From Monocercomonoides exilis PA203 (Eukaryota > Protista > Preaxostyla): a stretch of 64,000 bases of DNA. The stretch spans positions 1,736,001-1,800,000 of the forward strand of contig LSRY02000002.1 in assembly GCA_001643675.2 (NCBI GenBank), given 5' to 3'. A program made the translations under genes and the position numbers. Positions 46,816-58,903 of this stretch are shown here, in pieces; positions within the stretch are counted from its first letter, which is position 1, and every line of letters begins with the position of its first letter. The notes under the pieces were generated by a model, which was not told the origin of the DNA, did no database searches, and saw only the letters and a program-made list of their open reading frames with translations.

Positions 46816-49800
46816 GATAAAATTTTGGATCGGTTTGTTGGGGTGAATGGAGATGATTCGTATGAAAAATGTGGTGAACATGAAATACTCCCGTGCAAGA
46901 CTGTGGGATATGCGGTGGATGTGAGCATTGCCCAACTGAGTTCAATAATCACAGTGCTTGGTGGGAAGCATGTGAGCGAAGGAACAACAATCAATGTTGG
47001 GGAAAAGAAGATTTCGGTTGTGGGGAAAGGGAAGGAGGTGAGTGTGATTGGAACAGGAGCACTTTCTTCCTCTTCGACAACGCTGTTCAGTGTGACGAGT
47101 GGACAGCTGGAGGTGTGGCATGTGGGGATCGATCACAACGCAACAAGAAGCCCATCGCCGAGTGTGTTTGTGGTGTCACTGGGGAGCGGGACTCTTTCAC
47201 TGGAGGATGTGGCGATCTCATCAAGCGTTAATGGAGAGAGTGGAATATCAGCATCTGTGTTTGTGATGGCTCTGTCGCAATTGAGGATGAGTGATGTTGA
47301 GATAAAAAACATGAAAATGAATCAACCACTATTTACCGAACCATCATCAGCAGGATCATCATCAGGAGAGAGCATTCTGGGGAATTTGACAGTTCAAAAT
47401 ATGAGTCGGACAGGAGGAGACGGGGTTGTGTTGGCAAAGAGTGTGAAGGCAGGAGAGACATTTGTGGTGTGGAATACAACGATGGAAGGGTGCGAGTGTG
47501 TGAATGGGAATGGCGGAGGGATAAAGGTTGAGCTGGAATCTTCGACAAGCAAAGTTCGAGTTGGAACATCAACATCACATAGCGGAGGAACAATAAAATT
47601 CGACAAAACGAAGTGCAGTGGATATGGAGGAGGGATGATGCTGCATCTGGAGGATAATTCATTTGATTTTGAGATAACATCAGTGAGTTTTGCTGGTTGT
47701 GCTGCAGCATTGGGAGGAAAGAATTTGTTTGTTGAAGCACAGGATTTGTCAGCTGTTATCAGCAGCGCATCAATTGGATTCAATCCAGAAATTGGAATCG
47801 ATGTTGCAGAATTGAATGAACTTTGTGGGAAAGAGAGTGGCAAGCCAGAGCTGATTGTTCCACTTGTTGTGTTTCTTCGAACATCACCGTCACCAGCATA
47901 TGTGAGTGGAAGAGAACAAGGAAGTGAATTCAGACAGTGCGGATATGAAGATTATCCATGCAAAGGAATTGAGAATGCTGGAGAAGTTCAATTTAAGAAT
48001 TCAAAGAGAATGATCAGATTGACTCGCACATTTTCATTTGATGAAGAAGTGAAGTTGAATGAGGAGTCATATGAGATTGATTCGAGTGACAAAAATGTTG
48101 GATTGAAAGTTGGAGGAACAGGAACAAAAACACAAGAAGCATTGGTGATGAACAGTGTTTCATCAACATTCACAAGGATATTGTTTGAACTTGGAGGATC
48201 GATTGGAGAGCGATCATCATTTGTTCAGTCTTCAGAAGGAACATTGAGATTTGTTGATTGCGGGATGAAGATGGGAAATGGAGTGGATACAGTGAGTTAT
48301 GAGTTTGTGAGTGCAAGTGGAGGAAAAGTGGAGATTATTCGAATGAGATGCGGAGGGAATGTGGGGAATGTGGGATTTGTGGGAAGTGTGATTGTTGTGA
48401 ATGGAAGTTGTGAATGCCTGATGGATGAAATGGTTATTAACCAAACAACCTCAAATGGAGCAAAAGGGTTGATTGAGATTGCCACAAGCAGCTCAGCTGC
48501 GATTCAGAACTGCTCCATAGCAAATTCCATTCTGCCAAGTTGTGGAGCAATTCAGGTTGAGAAATGCTCATCAATCACATTGAAGAACACCTCATTTGAG
48601 AACATCACGAGAGGAGCAGGAGACGGTGGATGTGTTAATGTTGATTCAAATGAAGATGGAAGCCAAGATATAATCAGAATTGAGAACTGCTCATTCACCT
48701 CATGCGAGGTGACTGAGAATGGAAAAGGAGGAGGAGGACTGTCAGTTTCATTGGAGAATCCCTCTGAGCTGCATGTATCATCAACAAGATTTGAAAAGTG
48801 CTGTGCGCCATCAACAAGTGGAAGTGAAGGGAAAGGAGGAGGAATGTTTCTTTCTCTGATGGATTCAGATGCAAAATTTGAATTATCGGATCCTCTTGTG
48901 TTTGATGGAAATTGGGCAGAATATGGAAAGAACATATTCATTTTGTCAAAGGATTTGAATTGTTCTGTGACAAATGACTCATTCAAGTTTGATTATTCCT
49001 CAATGAAGGATGATAAAACTCTGTTTGTTGGAAGTGATACCCTTCATTCAGATAAAGATTTGTTCATGTTCCTCGTTCCATACAGCTCATTTGAGATATT
49101 TATCTCATCAGAAGGATTTGATGTGAAGCGTTGTGGAAGTGAGGAAGAACCTTGTTTCACAATGTGGAAAGGGATGGAAAACATGAAAAAAGAGATTGGA
49201 AAGAAAACAATTCAGATTGAAGGATCGATTGTTATTCGAGATTCATTCAACATGTCCAATTATCAGATCAAAAAGGGTGTGAAGATGGGAGAAGAGAATG
49301 TGAAAGCGATATTGAATTTTGAAAAGGCGATTGGAAGTCAACTGGAATATTTCATGGGAAATGATATTTACCTTGAATTGACGGATATAAAACTTCAACT
49401 GACAAATGATTTTGTCAACTCAGCCAAAACAATAATTTCGAACAGAGAAGGTGAGTTGATAATAACTGGATGTTCACTCCATTCAGAGGCTGGAGTTAAT
49501 AATGGAATCAATTGTGTATTTGTGGATGTGATTGGAGGAAGCGTGGAAGTGAATGATTTGTTGATTGAATCATGCAATGTTGGAAACAGTATTTTTTCCA
49601 TTCATGATTCTGGAATAACTTGTCATTTTGTGAATGTTCGAGTGGAATCATTGAATGAGAGTGGAGGGTGTATTTTATCAATCAAGAAGTCTGAACCAGG
49701 ATTGAAGATAAATGAAGAATATGAAGATGGTGTGAATCCTGAGATTGACAACTCATCATTTTCAGGAGTGAAGAGAAGTGATAATGGAGCAAGCATTTTG

Positions 49801-52800
49801 GAGTCAAAAAGTGAGAAAAAGATTTGTTTGGTTGTGAATGTGAGCAACATGACAGAAGACAAAGCAGAAACAAGTGAAAAAGGAGGGGGAATATTCTTCA
49901 CGTTGGGAAAGTCTGGTTTGATGAAAATAGTTGATTCGACAATCAGTCATTGTAGTTGCAGTATTGATTCAGGGAGAGGCGGAGGTGTGTATCTGGCAAC
50001 AAATGAAAGAGAAAAATTGGACTTTTCATTTGTTGGTTTGAAATTCAGCGACAACAGAGCAAGAGTGGGAAACGATGTTTTCATTGAATGTTACGATATC
50101 ACATCGCAGATCAATGAAAAGCAATTTCAGTTTGATCTTCGAGAAGGCCATTACGATTGTGACAACGCCATATGTGGAAAAGATGAATGTGATTATCCAA
50201 GCGATACAGATCTAATTGGATTTGTGACTATCCATCAGAGCGACACAATCATTGTGAACAGTGTGAATGGATCGAATGAGAGACAATGTGGAACCAACAC
50301 ACTTCCATGTGCTTCGATTGATTATGGGCTGATGCATCTGACTTCAGATTTCATGAGCGTGATGATTGTTGTTGATGAGAGCGTGATTGAGGAAGAGATA
50401 AATCTGGAGGAGATGAGTCTGAGTTCAAAGAGCAGGAACCTGTGTGATGTTGAAGTTGAAACAGGGATTGAAAAAACAAAAGAGGCGTTAATAACAACAA
50501 CAGGGGAAGTTTCATTATTGAAAGTGAACTTTGTGTTTGATTCGAATTTCATTTCTTCTCACGAATCATTGATCTCGCCAGAAGGAGGAATTCTTGAAGT
50601 GATGGATTGTTCGTTCACTACAAAACAACTGAAGGAAGTAGTTAATGCTGAATTTGCAAACATTCCATTTCACATTATCAATATGGAAAAAGGAGAATTA
50701 CAACTTGATGGATGCACATTATCAAATCTCATTCTTCAAAAATCTGCATTGCATCTTTCATCTTCTCTTCCATCAGTAATTTATTTATTCACGGTTTGCA
50801 ATTCAACAATAGAAACTTCTTTGATAGATATAAACGAATGTGGACAATTAACAATAAAGGATTTCAATACAGAAAATATCACAGTTGAAGGAAATGAAGA
50901 ATCATTGATATCTTGCTTGGCAATGAAAAAGACGATGCAATTGACAAATTGCACAATGGATGGAGTCAGTTCAAAGACAACAAAAGGGAAATTGATGAAA
51001 TTGGAGGATTGTTTGGATGTGAAAATGGACAGTTGCATTTTTGATGGGAGTACAAAGGAAAGAAATGAACAGACATTCAATGAGGGAGAAGAGATGTGCA
51101 GATGGTCTGGATCTCTTGTGGATGTTGTGAAGAGTTCTGTGATGATGAAAGATACAACAATATCAAATTCACCAGAAGGTGGAATTACAATGAGAGGAGG
51201 AAATGTGAATATCGAGAAAGGAGAGTTCATAAACAACAATCCATCCGTTGAAGGATATCCATCATTGAGAAGAAATATCATCTGTTCAGATTCAGGAACA
51301 TTGAATGTGATGAGCTTGAAAGGAGGAGATGGATTGAAGGATAATTCTTCGCTTTGGATGTTGAATGATGGATGCACACTTGATGGAATTGCAGGAGAAA
51401 GGTCATCACCTTTCTTCATTCCAAAGCTGGAAGAGGCTTCTGTGAATGAGAATGGAAGTAACATTGTTGTAAAATTCAAGGGATCTCTTTTTGTGCCCTG
51501 CGATTTGTCATTCAGAGTTGTGAATAAAACAGGGGATGTGGAGTTGGTTGAGACATATGAATTTGAGGAAGATAGCTTTGTTTCAGAAGCGGAAGTGATT
51601 GGAACAATCCCATCAGCAAATATTTCAACAATTGAAGATGAAACAGAGATTTCAGTGATGATTTTGTTTGGAAAGCAAAGGGTTGCAACTTCTCCGCAGA
51701 TTCTGAAGAACAAAACCGAATCAAAGACCGGAAAAGACAGAGTTGTTGAAGGGGGAAAGAAAGAAGGATCGATATGGCCGATAATTGTGATTGTTATGGG
51801 AGTAATTCTTTTTGTGATTCTTGTGATTGCAGTGATTTCGACTGTTCGGTGGAAGAAGGCAAAGAATGAGAACAAAGATCTGAGAGAAATTGTGAACGAT
51901 AACATCAGAAAGGATCCGAAGGCATATGAAATGGTGACGATGGAGATGTCACCAGAGGAGCAGTGGAAGAGAGCAGAGAGGGAGGCAGAGAAGAAGAATG
52001 AAGAGAGAATAAAGAAGAGGGTGTATGGAAAGAAAATGGCGCATTCAGAATCTGAAGAGAATCTTCTTTCTGAGAGTGGTTCAACTGAATACATTTTGGG
52101 GAAAGACTCAGACAAGATCCCTGATTGGGAATTGGAGAAAGATGATGAAGAAGAAATAAGAAAGAGAACTCCATCGCCTTCGGTCTCATCCATTTCAACG
52201 ACAGATTCAGATACAACATTTGTTCGCATGGAAGATGCGTGCCCGACCACTTCATCTATGTCGAATCTGGTGGATGCGATGGCATGCTCTTCGCCTCATG
52301 AGAAGCTGATTGTGGATCTGAGGGATTCTCTGTTCATGCTGCTTCATGGAAAGAATGAAAAGAAAGAAATGGCGATCGGGAGTTTGAAGGAGAGGGAGCA
52401 GACAGCTGCTCAGATCCTGTTCTGGGTAGCCAATCTCGCCCTCCATTCATTTGATGAAATTGAAAATCCTCTTCAATCTCTTGCCACTCTGAGTCCGCAC
52501 ATTGTGTTATTCTCAGAACACATGGTCATCTGCGTTGCGATGCACTCTGACTTCCTTTCATCTGATGATTCAGACTCGTCTTCAATCTCATCATCAACTG
52601 TTGTCACTTCAGCAAGTGAAGATGATGATGAGGACTCTCTTCCTTCATCCGCGTTTGAGGATGATGATTATTACAAAAAAGAGTGTCTGAGGTGGAAGGC
52701 ACCGGAGCTGATGAACGGGACGAAGCAGCATGCGACGAAGAAGACTGCAGTGTTCTCGATAGGGATGATGCTGTGGGAGTGTCTGACGCTGCAGATCCCG

Positions 52801-53100
52801 TTTGGGGAGTACGAGGCGGTGGTAGCAGGGCAGAAGATTGTGAATGGGGAGAGGCCGGTGATAGGCGCAGAGCTTCTGGGGTGCTTCAACGATACGGTTG
52901 CTGGGTGCCTGTCACCTGGGTGGCAGGGCAGGCCGACGCTTGTCGATCTGAAGCGAGAGTTCATCCAGCGATTTCCAGCAGGGTCGGTGATGCTGACTGT
53001 GTCTGATGCGATTGATGTTGCGGGGGGTGCAGGAAGAGGCAACTGCAGCAGAATTGTGAGCAGTGGCAGTGGCAGCGGCAGCGAAAGTTGGTTCAGCTGA
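44974..53100 (+). CDS. Giant intronless type I membrane protein: signal peptide, pectin-lyase/Pmp-like beta-helix repeats, TM, degenerate TK/TKL-like kinase C-lobe
   Basis: ATG 44974 is conserved in the paralogue; GGAI/GGG+FxxC repeats; recurring G.D...CG....PC modules; TM WPIIVIVMGVILFVILVIAVI; RWKAPEL..AVFSIGMMLWECLTLQIPF..GERP without GxGxxG, HRD or DFG. Confidence 0.9.
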   Translation: MALKLLGIFCCAWIISVECVCNGIRSDGGEVGEKSWKDRELSYLEGTWSEKAQNEKYGDDNLFDARFKGKGDEVREIEKQKKILKKNSKPCDDGSGEIGKVQKLSHCDEWKMRKNEGMRDESVVEGCLVLANSSIKLNSLALMERSGKGVIGAENGCFVELSGCIVGVERKTSPFYLCGSCGLLTNISLRFSSTLTSTKQIFPRLFSPKVSKGEISENCYVSICSSHFSSFYVSSAPFISSSSIPFVSLSKLTFFNISTAIADCPSPTTSFFQTSCFMSSCSFSSVHDVYDGGIVSSLNNPYASFSTSNTSFVGCSRTRNVECTGSEDNTKHPKRQQITDNGANSFTWCMWNGSNTTGTSDSVTDGVSSGGAIFMHKLNSGVLFVSRCLFNNCFAHSRGGGIMCHSINSIKIENNSFNICTAQNQYGGGLYVSTISKCIRISGCEFQNCKAYSDGGGVNLNNFQVSGTNCIRTESGEGESACIFECSFTLCSITKTNGGGIYCHVAPIQFKTRSIQFVSCNASYLGGGLHFDSNASTAPSNNHYFYFFFFLDCRCTASTPYGHDVYFEDYYNLFSSNNPFFESYTTNTNEKRVCYSFYLSDWTYQQTEKKDWLKDKILDRFVGVNGDDSYEKCGEHEILPCKTVGYAVDVSIAQLSSIITVLGGKHVSEGTTINVGEKKISVVGKGKEVSVIGTGALSSSSTTLFSVTSGQLEVWHVGIDHNATRSPSPSVFVVSLGSGTLSLEDVAISSSVNGESGISASVFVMALSQLRMSDVEIKNMKMNQPLFTEPSSAGSSSGESILGNLTVQNMSRTGGDGVVLAKSVKAGETFVVWNTTMEGCECVNGNGGGIKVELESSTSKVRVGTSTSHSGGTIKFDKTKCSGYGGGMMLHLEDNSFDFEITSVSFAGCAAALGGKNLFVEAQDLSAVISSASIGFNPEIGIDVAELNELCGKESGKPELIVPLVVFLRTSPSPAYVSGREQGSEFRQCGYEDYPCKGIENAGEVQFKNSKRMIRLTRTFSFDEEVKLNEESYEIDSSDKNVGLKVGGTGTKTQEALVMNSVSSTFTRILFELGGSIGERSSFVQSSEGTLRFVDCGMKMGNGVDTVSYEFVSASGGKVEIIRMRCGGNVGNVGFVGSVIVVNGSCECLMDEMVINQTTSNGAKGLIEIATSSSAAIQNCSIANSILPSCGAIQVEKCSSITLKNTSFENITRGAGDGGCVNVDSNEDGSQDIIRIENCSFTSCEVTENGKGGGGLSVSLENPSELHVSSTRFEKCCAPSTSGSEGKGGGMFLSLMDSDAKFELSDPLVFDGNWAEYGKNIFILSKDLNCSVTNDSFKFDYSSMKDDKTLFVGSDTLHSDKDLFMFLVPYSSFEIFISSEGFDVKRCGSEEEPCFTMWKGMENMKKEIGKKTIQIEGSIVIRDSFNMSNYQIKKGVKMGEENVKAILNFEKAIGSQLEYFMGNDIYLELTDIKLQLTNDFVNSAKTIISNREGELIITGCSLHSEAGVNNGINCVFVDVIGGSVEVNDLLIESCNVGNSIFSIHDSGITCHFVNVRVESLNESGGCILSIKKSEPGLKINEEYEDGVNPEIDNSSFSGVKRSDNGASILESKSEKKICLVVNVSNMTEDKAETSEKGGGIFFTLGKSGLMKIVDSTISHCSCSIDSGRGGGVYLATNEREKLDFSFVGLKFSDNRARVGNDVFIECYDITSQINEKQFQFDLREGHYDCDNAICGKDECDYPSDTDLIGFVTIHQSDTIIVNSVNGSNERQCGTNTLPCASIDYGLMHLTSDFMSVMIVVDESVIEEEINLEEMSLSSKSRNLCDVEVETGIEKTKEALITTTGEVSLLKVNFVFDSNFISSHESLISPEGGILEVMDCSFTTKQLKEVVNAEFANIPFHIINMEKGELQLDGCTLSNLILQKSALHLSSSLPSVIYLFTVCNSTIETSLIDINECGQLTIKDFNTENITVEGNEESLISCLAMKKTMQLTNCTMDGVSSKTTKGKLMKLEDCLDVKMDSCIFDGSTKERNEQTFNEGEEMCRWSGSLVDVVKSSVMMKDTTISNSPEGGITMRGGNVNIEKGEFINNNPSVEGYPSLRRNIICSDSGTLNVMSLKGGDGLKDNSSLWMLNDGCTLDGIAGERSSPFFIPKLEEASVNENGSNIVVKFKGSLFVPCDLSFRVVNKTGDVELVETYEFEEDSFVSEAEVIGTIPSANISTIEDETEISVMILFGKQRVATSPQILKNKTESKTGKDRVVEGGKKEGSIWPIIVIVMGVILFVILVIAVISTVRWKKAKNENKDLREIVNDNIRKDPKAYEMVTMEMSPEEQWKRAEREAEKKNEERIKKRVYGKKMAHSESEENLLSESGSTEYILGKDSDKIPDWELEKDDEEEIRKRTPSPSVSSISTTDSDTTFVRMEDACPTTSSMSNLVDAMACSSPHEKLIVDLRDSLFMLLHGKNEKKEMAIGSLKEREQTAAQILFWVANLALHSFDEIENPLQSLATLSPHIVLFSEHMVICVAMHSDFLSSDDSDSSSISSSTVVTSASEDDDEDSLPSSAFEDDDYYKKECLRWKAPELMNGTKQHATKKTAVFSIGMMLWECLTLQIPFGEYEAVVAGQKIVNGERPVIGAELLGCFNDTVAGCLSPGWQGRPTLVDLKREFIQRFPAGSVMLTVSDAIDVAGGAGRGNCSRIVSSGSGSGSESWFS

Positions 53101-54481
53101 GTGAGAGAGGAGATGTTTGAAGGATCATCGATCTGGACGATGCAGAACGAGCAACTGTGCAGATGCTGAAGTCGAGTTTTGGTGAATGAATTTCCTGGCA
53201 GCAAAAGCCATTGAAATATCGCTTTTTGCTGTTTCTTGTGTGTTTTTCTAGACCTTCATTTTTTGGCATTCGTTTGTGTGTATTTATATGTATTTATCCC
53301 CTTTCTCTCTTTTCAATTTTGCTTCGTTGTTTGTGTTTTTTTATAAATTACACCGAGTTGTTGTTGAATTGTATTCTCTTGATTTTAATAAGAGTCGAGT
53401 GTTCATCACACATGTGGTTGGGGTCATTGGCATCTCATATTCCTGGGCTGGCGGTGACTTCCTGAGTTAATTTCTTCAGCATGGAAGATGCTATGGATTT
53501 CAGTTTTTGTTGTTGGCACCTCCAACATTTTTAAGTGTTCATTTTGAAGCAATTATTTTTGAGTTTTGAATTTTGTTCTTCCATTGAATTGATTTGATTG
53601 CATTAATATTTTGTGAATTGAATTTCAATTTTTTGAGTAATGTTTTGCGAATTTGCATTGAAATGATTTCCGTCTTCAATTGCGTTGTGTTGCTTCAGCA
53701 ACAACTTTCGTTGACACGAAATATTAACATGGAAATTGAACATATTTTTTCATTTTGTGCATCAAATTCTGAAATTTGACTTTTATGAAGTTGATTTAAG
53801 GTGGATAATTACACAAAATAAACTGTTCCTTTCTGGTTAAGAAAAACAACAGCAAGAGAACGCCCTTCATCACCTTTCATTCATTGATATTTGAAGATTT
53901 TGAATATTCTGTGTAATATTTTTTTTAATTTCGTTCATGCATTCAGGAATGGTGATGAAAACAAGAAATCGGGGGAATTGAGAAACAGTTAAATTGATGA
54001 AGACTGCTTTTTCTGTTGATTAAAAAATGCAGTTATCCTGTCATGTTTTTAAAGACATACTGGTTTTTGTTATTGGAATAAAAATTGTTGAAATAGAAAA
54101 TAAATAAGTCAATAGCTAAGGAAGAAAAGAATGAAAGGAAAGGAAAAGGAAAGAATGGAATAATATACAAAAAATATATTTTTTTTCGCAACCTAATATC
54201 CATTTTGTTGCGAATGAGGATTTGAAAGAAAAAAATTTTTTTTCTCCAGAGATTTAAGAATTAACACAAAAATTCACATAGCAAATAAAATATGGTGATT
54301 ATTCTCGACTTTTGTTTGATAGTAACTTTTGCAAAAAAATTGGAAATTGAGCTTTAGAAAAAATTAAAAAATAAATCAAATGTATGGGAAAATGTAATAA
54401 ATAACAATTTTGATTACAAACGAGTCGATAAAATTCTTGAGTTTCACTATAATTATGAGAGTGAAAAAAAGTACTACATAG

Positions 54482-54532
<51 letters not shown>
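54482..54532 (+). repeat. Poly(A) tract of about 50 nt
   Basis: Direct reading. Confidence 0.9.
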
Positions 54533-54533
<1 letters not shown>

Positions 54534-54783
54534 AAAGATGAAAGATATTGATGAAGTCATTTAATCGCAATCATACACAAGCTGAAAAAAACAATAATAT
54601 TGTAAAAAAAAATTTTTTTTTGATTGGTTTTGAGATTTATTTGTAAATATAAAACATCAAAGGATTTCAAAAAAAAAAAAAGATTTAATAAAAACACAAA
54701 CTAACTCATCTAATAAGAATTTCACAAGATACAAAATATTTATAAACAACATACTTTCCTACGGCAAACTTAATTTAACATCT

Positions 54784-57700
54784 TCACCACCAAGGCATCC
54801 CTCTTTGAAAACCTTCGTCCCCAAAACATTCACAACGAGGTCTATTATAGACCAATAAATCCGGACGAGAATTTCCAGCAAAGAACCTACGAGGCTCACT
54901 GTAGCGCTGCTTTTGCTGTGGCGTGCGCAAAGAATCGGATGTTGCATCAGTTTCAGGTGGCTGATTATCCGAAAGATAAATCGAATTGACGGAAGGTAGC
55001 AAATGATCATCAACAAGAAGGCTGTAAACAGCAGAAGAAGTCATTTGCTGCGAGCCAAACAAATCTAGTGAATGAAGCGAAGGAAGATTAGCATGCAGGC
55101 AATGAAAAAGACCATCAGGAGTTAGAAGTGGGCACCTACGAAGAATCAAATGAGTAAGTGTTGGAAATGTATCAACGACAACAGTAACAATTTTATCTGT
55201 TAACGTCAAACAATCGGTAATTATAAGCTTTGTTAACCCTCCCCACACACGATCTTTTTCTGGATTCCATCTTGCTCCAAAAGCAAAAGCTAAAACATGT
55301 TCTCCTGTTAAATTTGATCTCGGGAATTCAAATGTCTGAAGCGAGGTTGTTTGCGTTTGCAGCGACTGTGCAAAAGTGAATAATGAAAGTGAAGTCACTT
55401 CCTTTGCAGTATCCGAAGTGCAATTTCCCTTCTCAACTTCCTTTTCTGTGCTTTCTACAACATCATCTTTTACAGCCCATCCACCTGTGGACGCTTCCAA
55501 AGTGAAAGTTCCAGATAGAGATAAAAATCGAAGATTAGATGCATTCTGAGCTAACTGGCGGAATCCATCGACTGACAACGTTCCTCCGCGAAACGAGAGA
55601 TAAGTCAAACGAGATGCAAGAGGCACTAATCTAGGCAGAGAGCGCTGTGCAGACGGCAGGGACCATGACTGTACACCTGGTGCGCTCTGAATTGATAGGC
55701 GAGAAGAGGGAGTTGTAGATGATGATACATAAATAGAAGAGGGCGAACTTTCGGGTGTTGGGGTAGCTGAAGGAGAATTATCAGAAGCTTTGGGCAAATT
55801 AATTGAAACAGCAGGAGATGAGATATTTGATGGCGAATTAAGAGGAGGAGTGGAATATATTGACTGAAAAGCTGAAGATGGGCTTTTGACATGCTTTGAT
55901 CCTGTTGTGAATGGGGAGTATCCTTCCTCAAAATCTTCGTCCCTCAATCGTTTTCTTTTTAAAGGTTGTAACAAACTAGAAATAGGATTGTCTTCTTGTG
56001 AATTTTCTTTTGTTCCATGCTTTTTCAGTGATTTTCCAGAAGGCTGATCCGAATCAATATCCATTTTTCTGTTCATTTTCTCCATCAACTCCATTTCAGC
56101 TAATTCATCACTCAAACCCTTGTTAAAAAGTTCATCATCTTCAATCTCTTCTCTTTGCCATATTTCCGCCTCTTGTTGCTCATCTGCTTCATCCTCTGCC
56201 AGAAGCTTTACTTTTATTTCCTCGTCATTCTCATTTGGATCTTGAAGCATGCGTCTCTCCATCTTTCTCTTTTCTCTGTTTTTCCTTCTTTTGCTTACTG
56301 CTAATCTTCTCTTGCACATCCTAATCCGTGCATCTTGTACTGCCTCCTGCCCCCATTCCACACACAGCCCGTTTACAAGATCATCCAGGGCTCCATTGGA
56401 AGACAGCTCAAGACAACTCAAATCTTTCAATCCAGACAGAAGTCTCGCTGTTTCTGAAGAAGACAGAAGTACATTCCCATAGCTGAGACGCAGCACTTTC
56501 AGCTGTTCGCAGCCTGCCACAATACGCCCAACTTCTCTTGATGTGATGTGGTCAATAATCAAACATTCTAAATCCTTGCAATGCAAAGCGATATACGAAA
56601 TGACTTTTGATGTTACACCACATCGCTCAAGTGATAAAGCCTGTTCAAGCGTTTAGTGTTGATTTAGGTCAAGATAATTTTGCAAAATATATTCAATAGT
56701 CAAAAATTATATTTTTCAAAATAACAATTAAAAATAGTTTCAAAATTCAATGAAAATATTTCTGAAAGTTTTTGATATCTCTTTTGAAGAATCCATCTAA
56801 CTTTGAATAAAAACTCCCACGTGTTTCAGCACACATAGTTTGCTTTAAGAAATTTCACACCTTCAAATGCTTACATCCTTCAACAATTGCACAAAGACCC
56901 TTTTCAGATATTGCATAACAGTCTGCCATAAACAATATTTCAAGAAGAGGGCAATGAGATGCAATAGCAAAAGCACTTCTGTCAGTCAGTCGATATCCAT
57001 CTGCGATGTTCAGCTCCCTTAGAGTGAATGAAGGCATCAATTGCGGAGACGGCGTCAGAAAAAATGGATGAGAAGGAAAGAAAAGAGAATTTGTGTGATT
57101 TAACTGAGCGGGCTTTTGCTGGGAAGTGATTGAAGGGGATTTGGAGGATTGAATGGAGGATGCAATCAAAGCCGATGAAATGGATGAAGGCGCTGCAGTA
57201 GATTGAAGATATGAAGGAGGTGCAGTGAATGAAAATTCCATAGACGGAGAAGCAACGTGAGGTGCAACGACTTGAACAGCAGCAGGCGATGAAGAATAAA
57301 TTGATGGGGACATTTGAGAAGTATTGAAAGGGGTATAACTAAATTGTGATCCTCGCGTATCATCTGAAAGATTAAGACGGATTCCAAAAGGAACTTTTAC
57401 TGGTTTTGGATGATGAAGATGTGAAATAGATGTGAATGAAGGTGAATAGGACTTTGATGATGAATGAGAAGGAGAAGGAGCAGATGAAAAAGTCGGAGGA
57501 AGCGAGGAAACAGATGCTGAACTCGAAGTTTGTGGTGAAGGTGTTGCAGTTCCTAATATTTGTGGAAAGGAAGATGAAGGGAAAATGTTGGCCGATGCAA
57601 CTTGGTCGCTTTTTTGTGGTTGTGATAAATTCGAACAAGACAATACGCTCTTGAAATTCTCTTGTTGAGCTAAATTATCAGCAGACGCTGAAGGAGACGA

Positions 57701-58903
57701 AAAAGAAACAGGAACAGGTGATTTTGCGTTGATAAAAGAAGGATTAACAAAACATCCTGATACAGGATCTGAACGCTCTGCTGAAGAAAAAGAAAGAGTA
57801 AACGGAGTTTCTTGTGAAGTTGTGGGCGGAGTCTTATTTGATAATGCATTCGCTGTTGAAAAAACAGAAGAGACCGAAGGAGACGAACCAGGCGGGTGAA
57901 AAACAAATGACACTGTTGTTGGTTTAGTTGGGGATCTTGTTGATGATGAGATTGCAGATGGAAGATCAGGTGTTGAAAAGCTAGAAACAGGTGTATAAAA
58001 CCGTGATAGCGCTGGAGATGGACTATCAGATGGAGGCGAGTTGCAGCTGGGAATCATTGCATTTTCAAATAACATCGTTAAAAGTGTATCTGTTAAATTT
58101 CGAAGGCATCCTCCAAGTATCAAACTTAAAAACGAAGCCAAAGCAGATAAGTCAAAAATTAATCATATTTGATTTGATTTTTTACAAAATAAGAAAAAAA
58201 AATGTAAACTGTCTCAATGTTCCATTCATGATTGATGGTTTTGCCAATGAAAGAATAAAATCAGGAGATATATTGTTGCATCCGTAAAAGTTAAGCGATT
58301 GAAGGTAATGATTGGAAAAAGGAAAAGGATTTTGGTCATTGTACTTTGTAAGGAGTTCTTTGTATGTTCCAACACATCGTAGAAGAGGAGTATGAATGCA
58401 TCCCCCAAAATCAATCGAAGTAACATAAGGAAATCGAATTGCTTTTATTTTTGCAAAATTTAACAAAATTAAACAAGTTTCAGAAAAATGTTTACAATGA
58501 GATGCAAAATACTTTCGATACGTAAAAATGAATAAATTCACACATAGTTTTTCTAGATATGAAAGTGGAAAACAACACGTTATATTTAGAGATGACACGC
58601 ATAAAGGAATAAGTTCTCTGAACGAATATTAAGGAATTAACGATTTCAAATTGCTTTTTAAAACAAAATATTATTCGCATTTCAAACTTCATCTTTTTAT
58701 TCACAAGCATTAAATTGTAGATATTGCATAAGTCTTCATCAATGCCACTCGCCACAATCATTGTCCAAAGTTCTTGTGGCAATGAATCGAGCAAGCTATT
58801 GGATGCTACATCGTTTAGAATTTATGTAAAATAAAAAAATTTCAAAACACGAATACGATATAAAATTTAGCAAACAAGGAGTTAAAACTCCTGCGCTTTG
58901 CAT
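54784..58903 (-). CDS. F-box / leucine-rich-repeat (FBXL-type) protein, multi-exon, with Ser/Pro-rich insertions
   Basis: F-box LDSLPQELWTMI...LMLVNKK; Cys-containing LRRs (LQSLNFYGCNNIS, LRELNIADGYRLTD..IASHCPLLE.L...CYAISEKG, LTHLILRRCPLLT) across ORFs 58492, 58182, 56855 and 54784; putative ATG at 58903. Confidence 0.82.

Noticed and set aside
45833-52250. Long alternative-frame or antisense ORFs (45833..46771 +, 50781..52250 -) and similar shadows in other genes
   Set aside because: They overlap a well-supported CDS; the left-arm equivalent of 45833..46771 stops after 72 codons; codon bias and low complexity explain them.
54482-54532. Poly(A) tract as a retroposon tail
   Set aside because: No TSD or upstream retroelement body recognised; A/T homopolymers are common in these intergenic regions.
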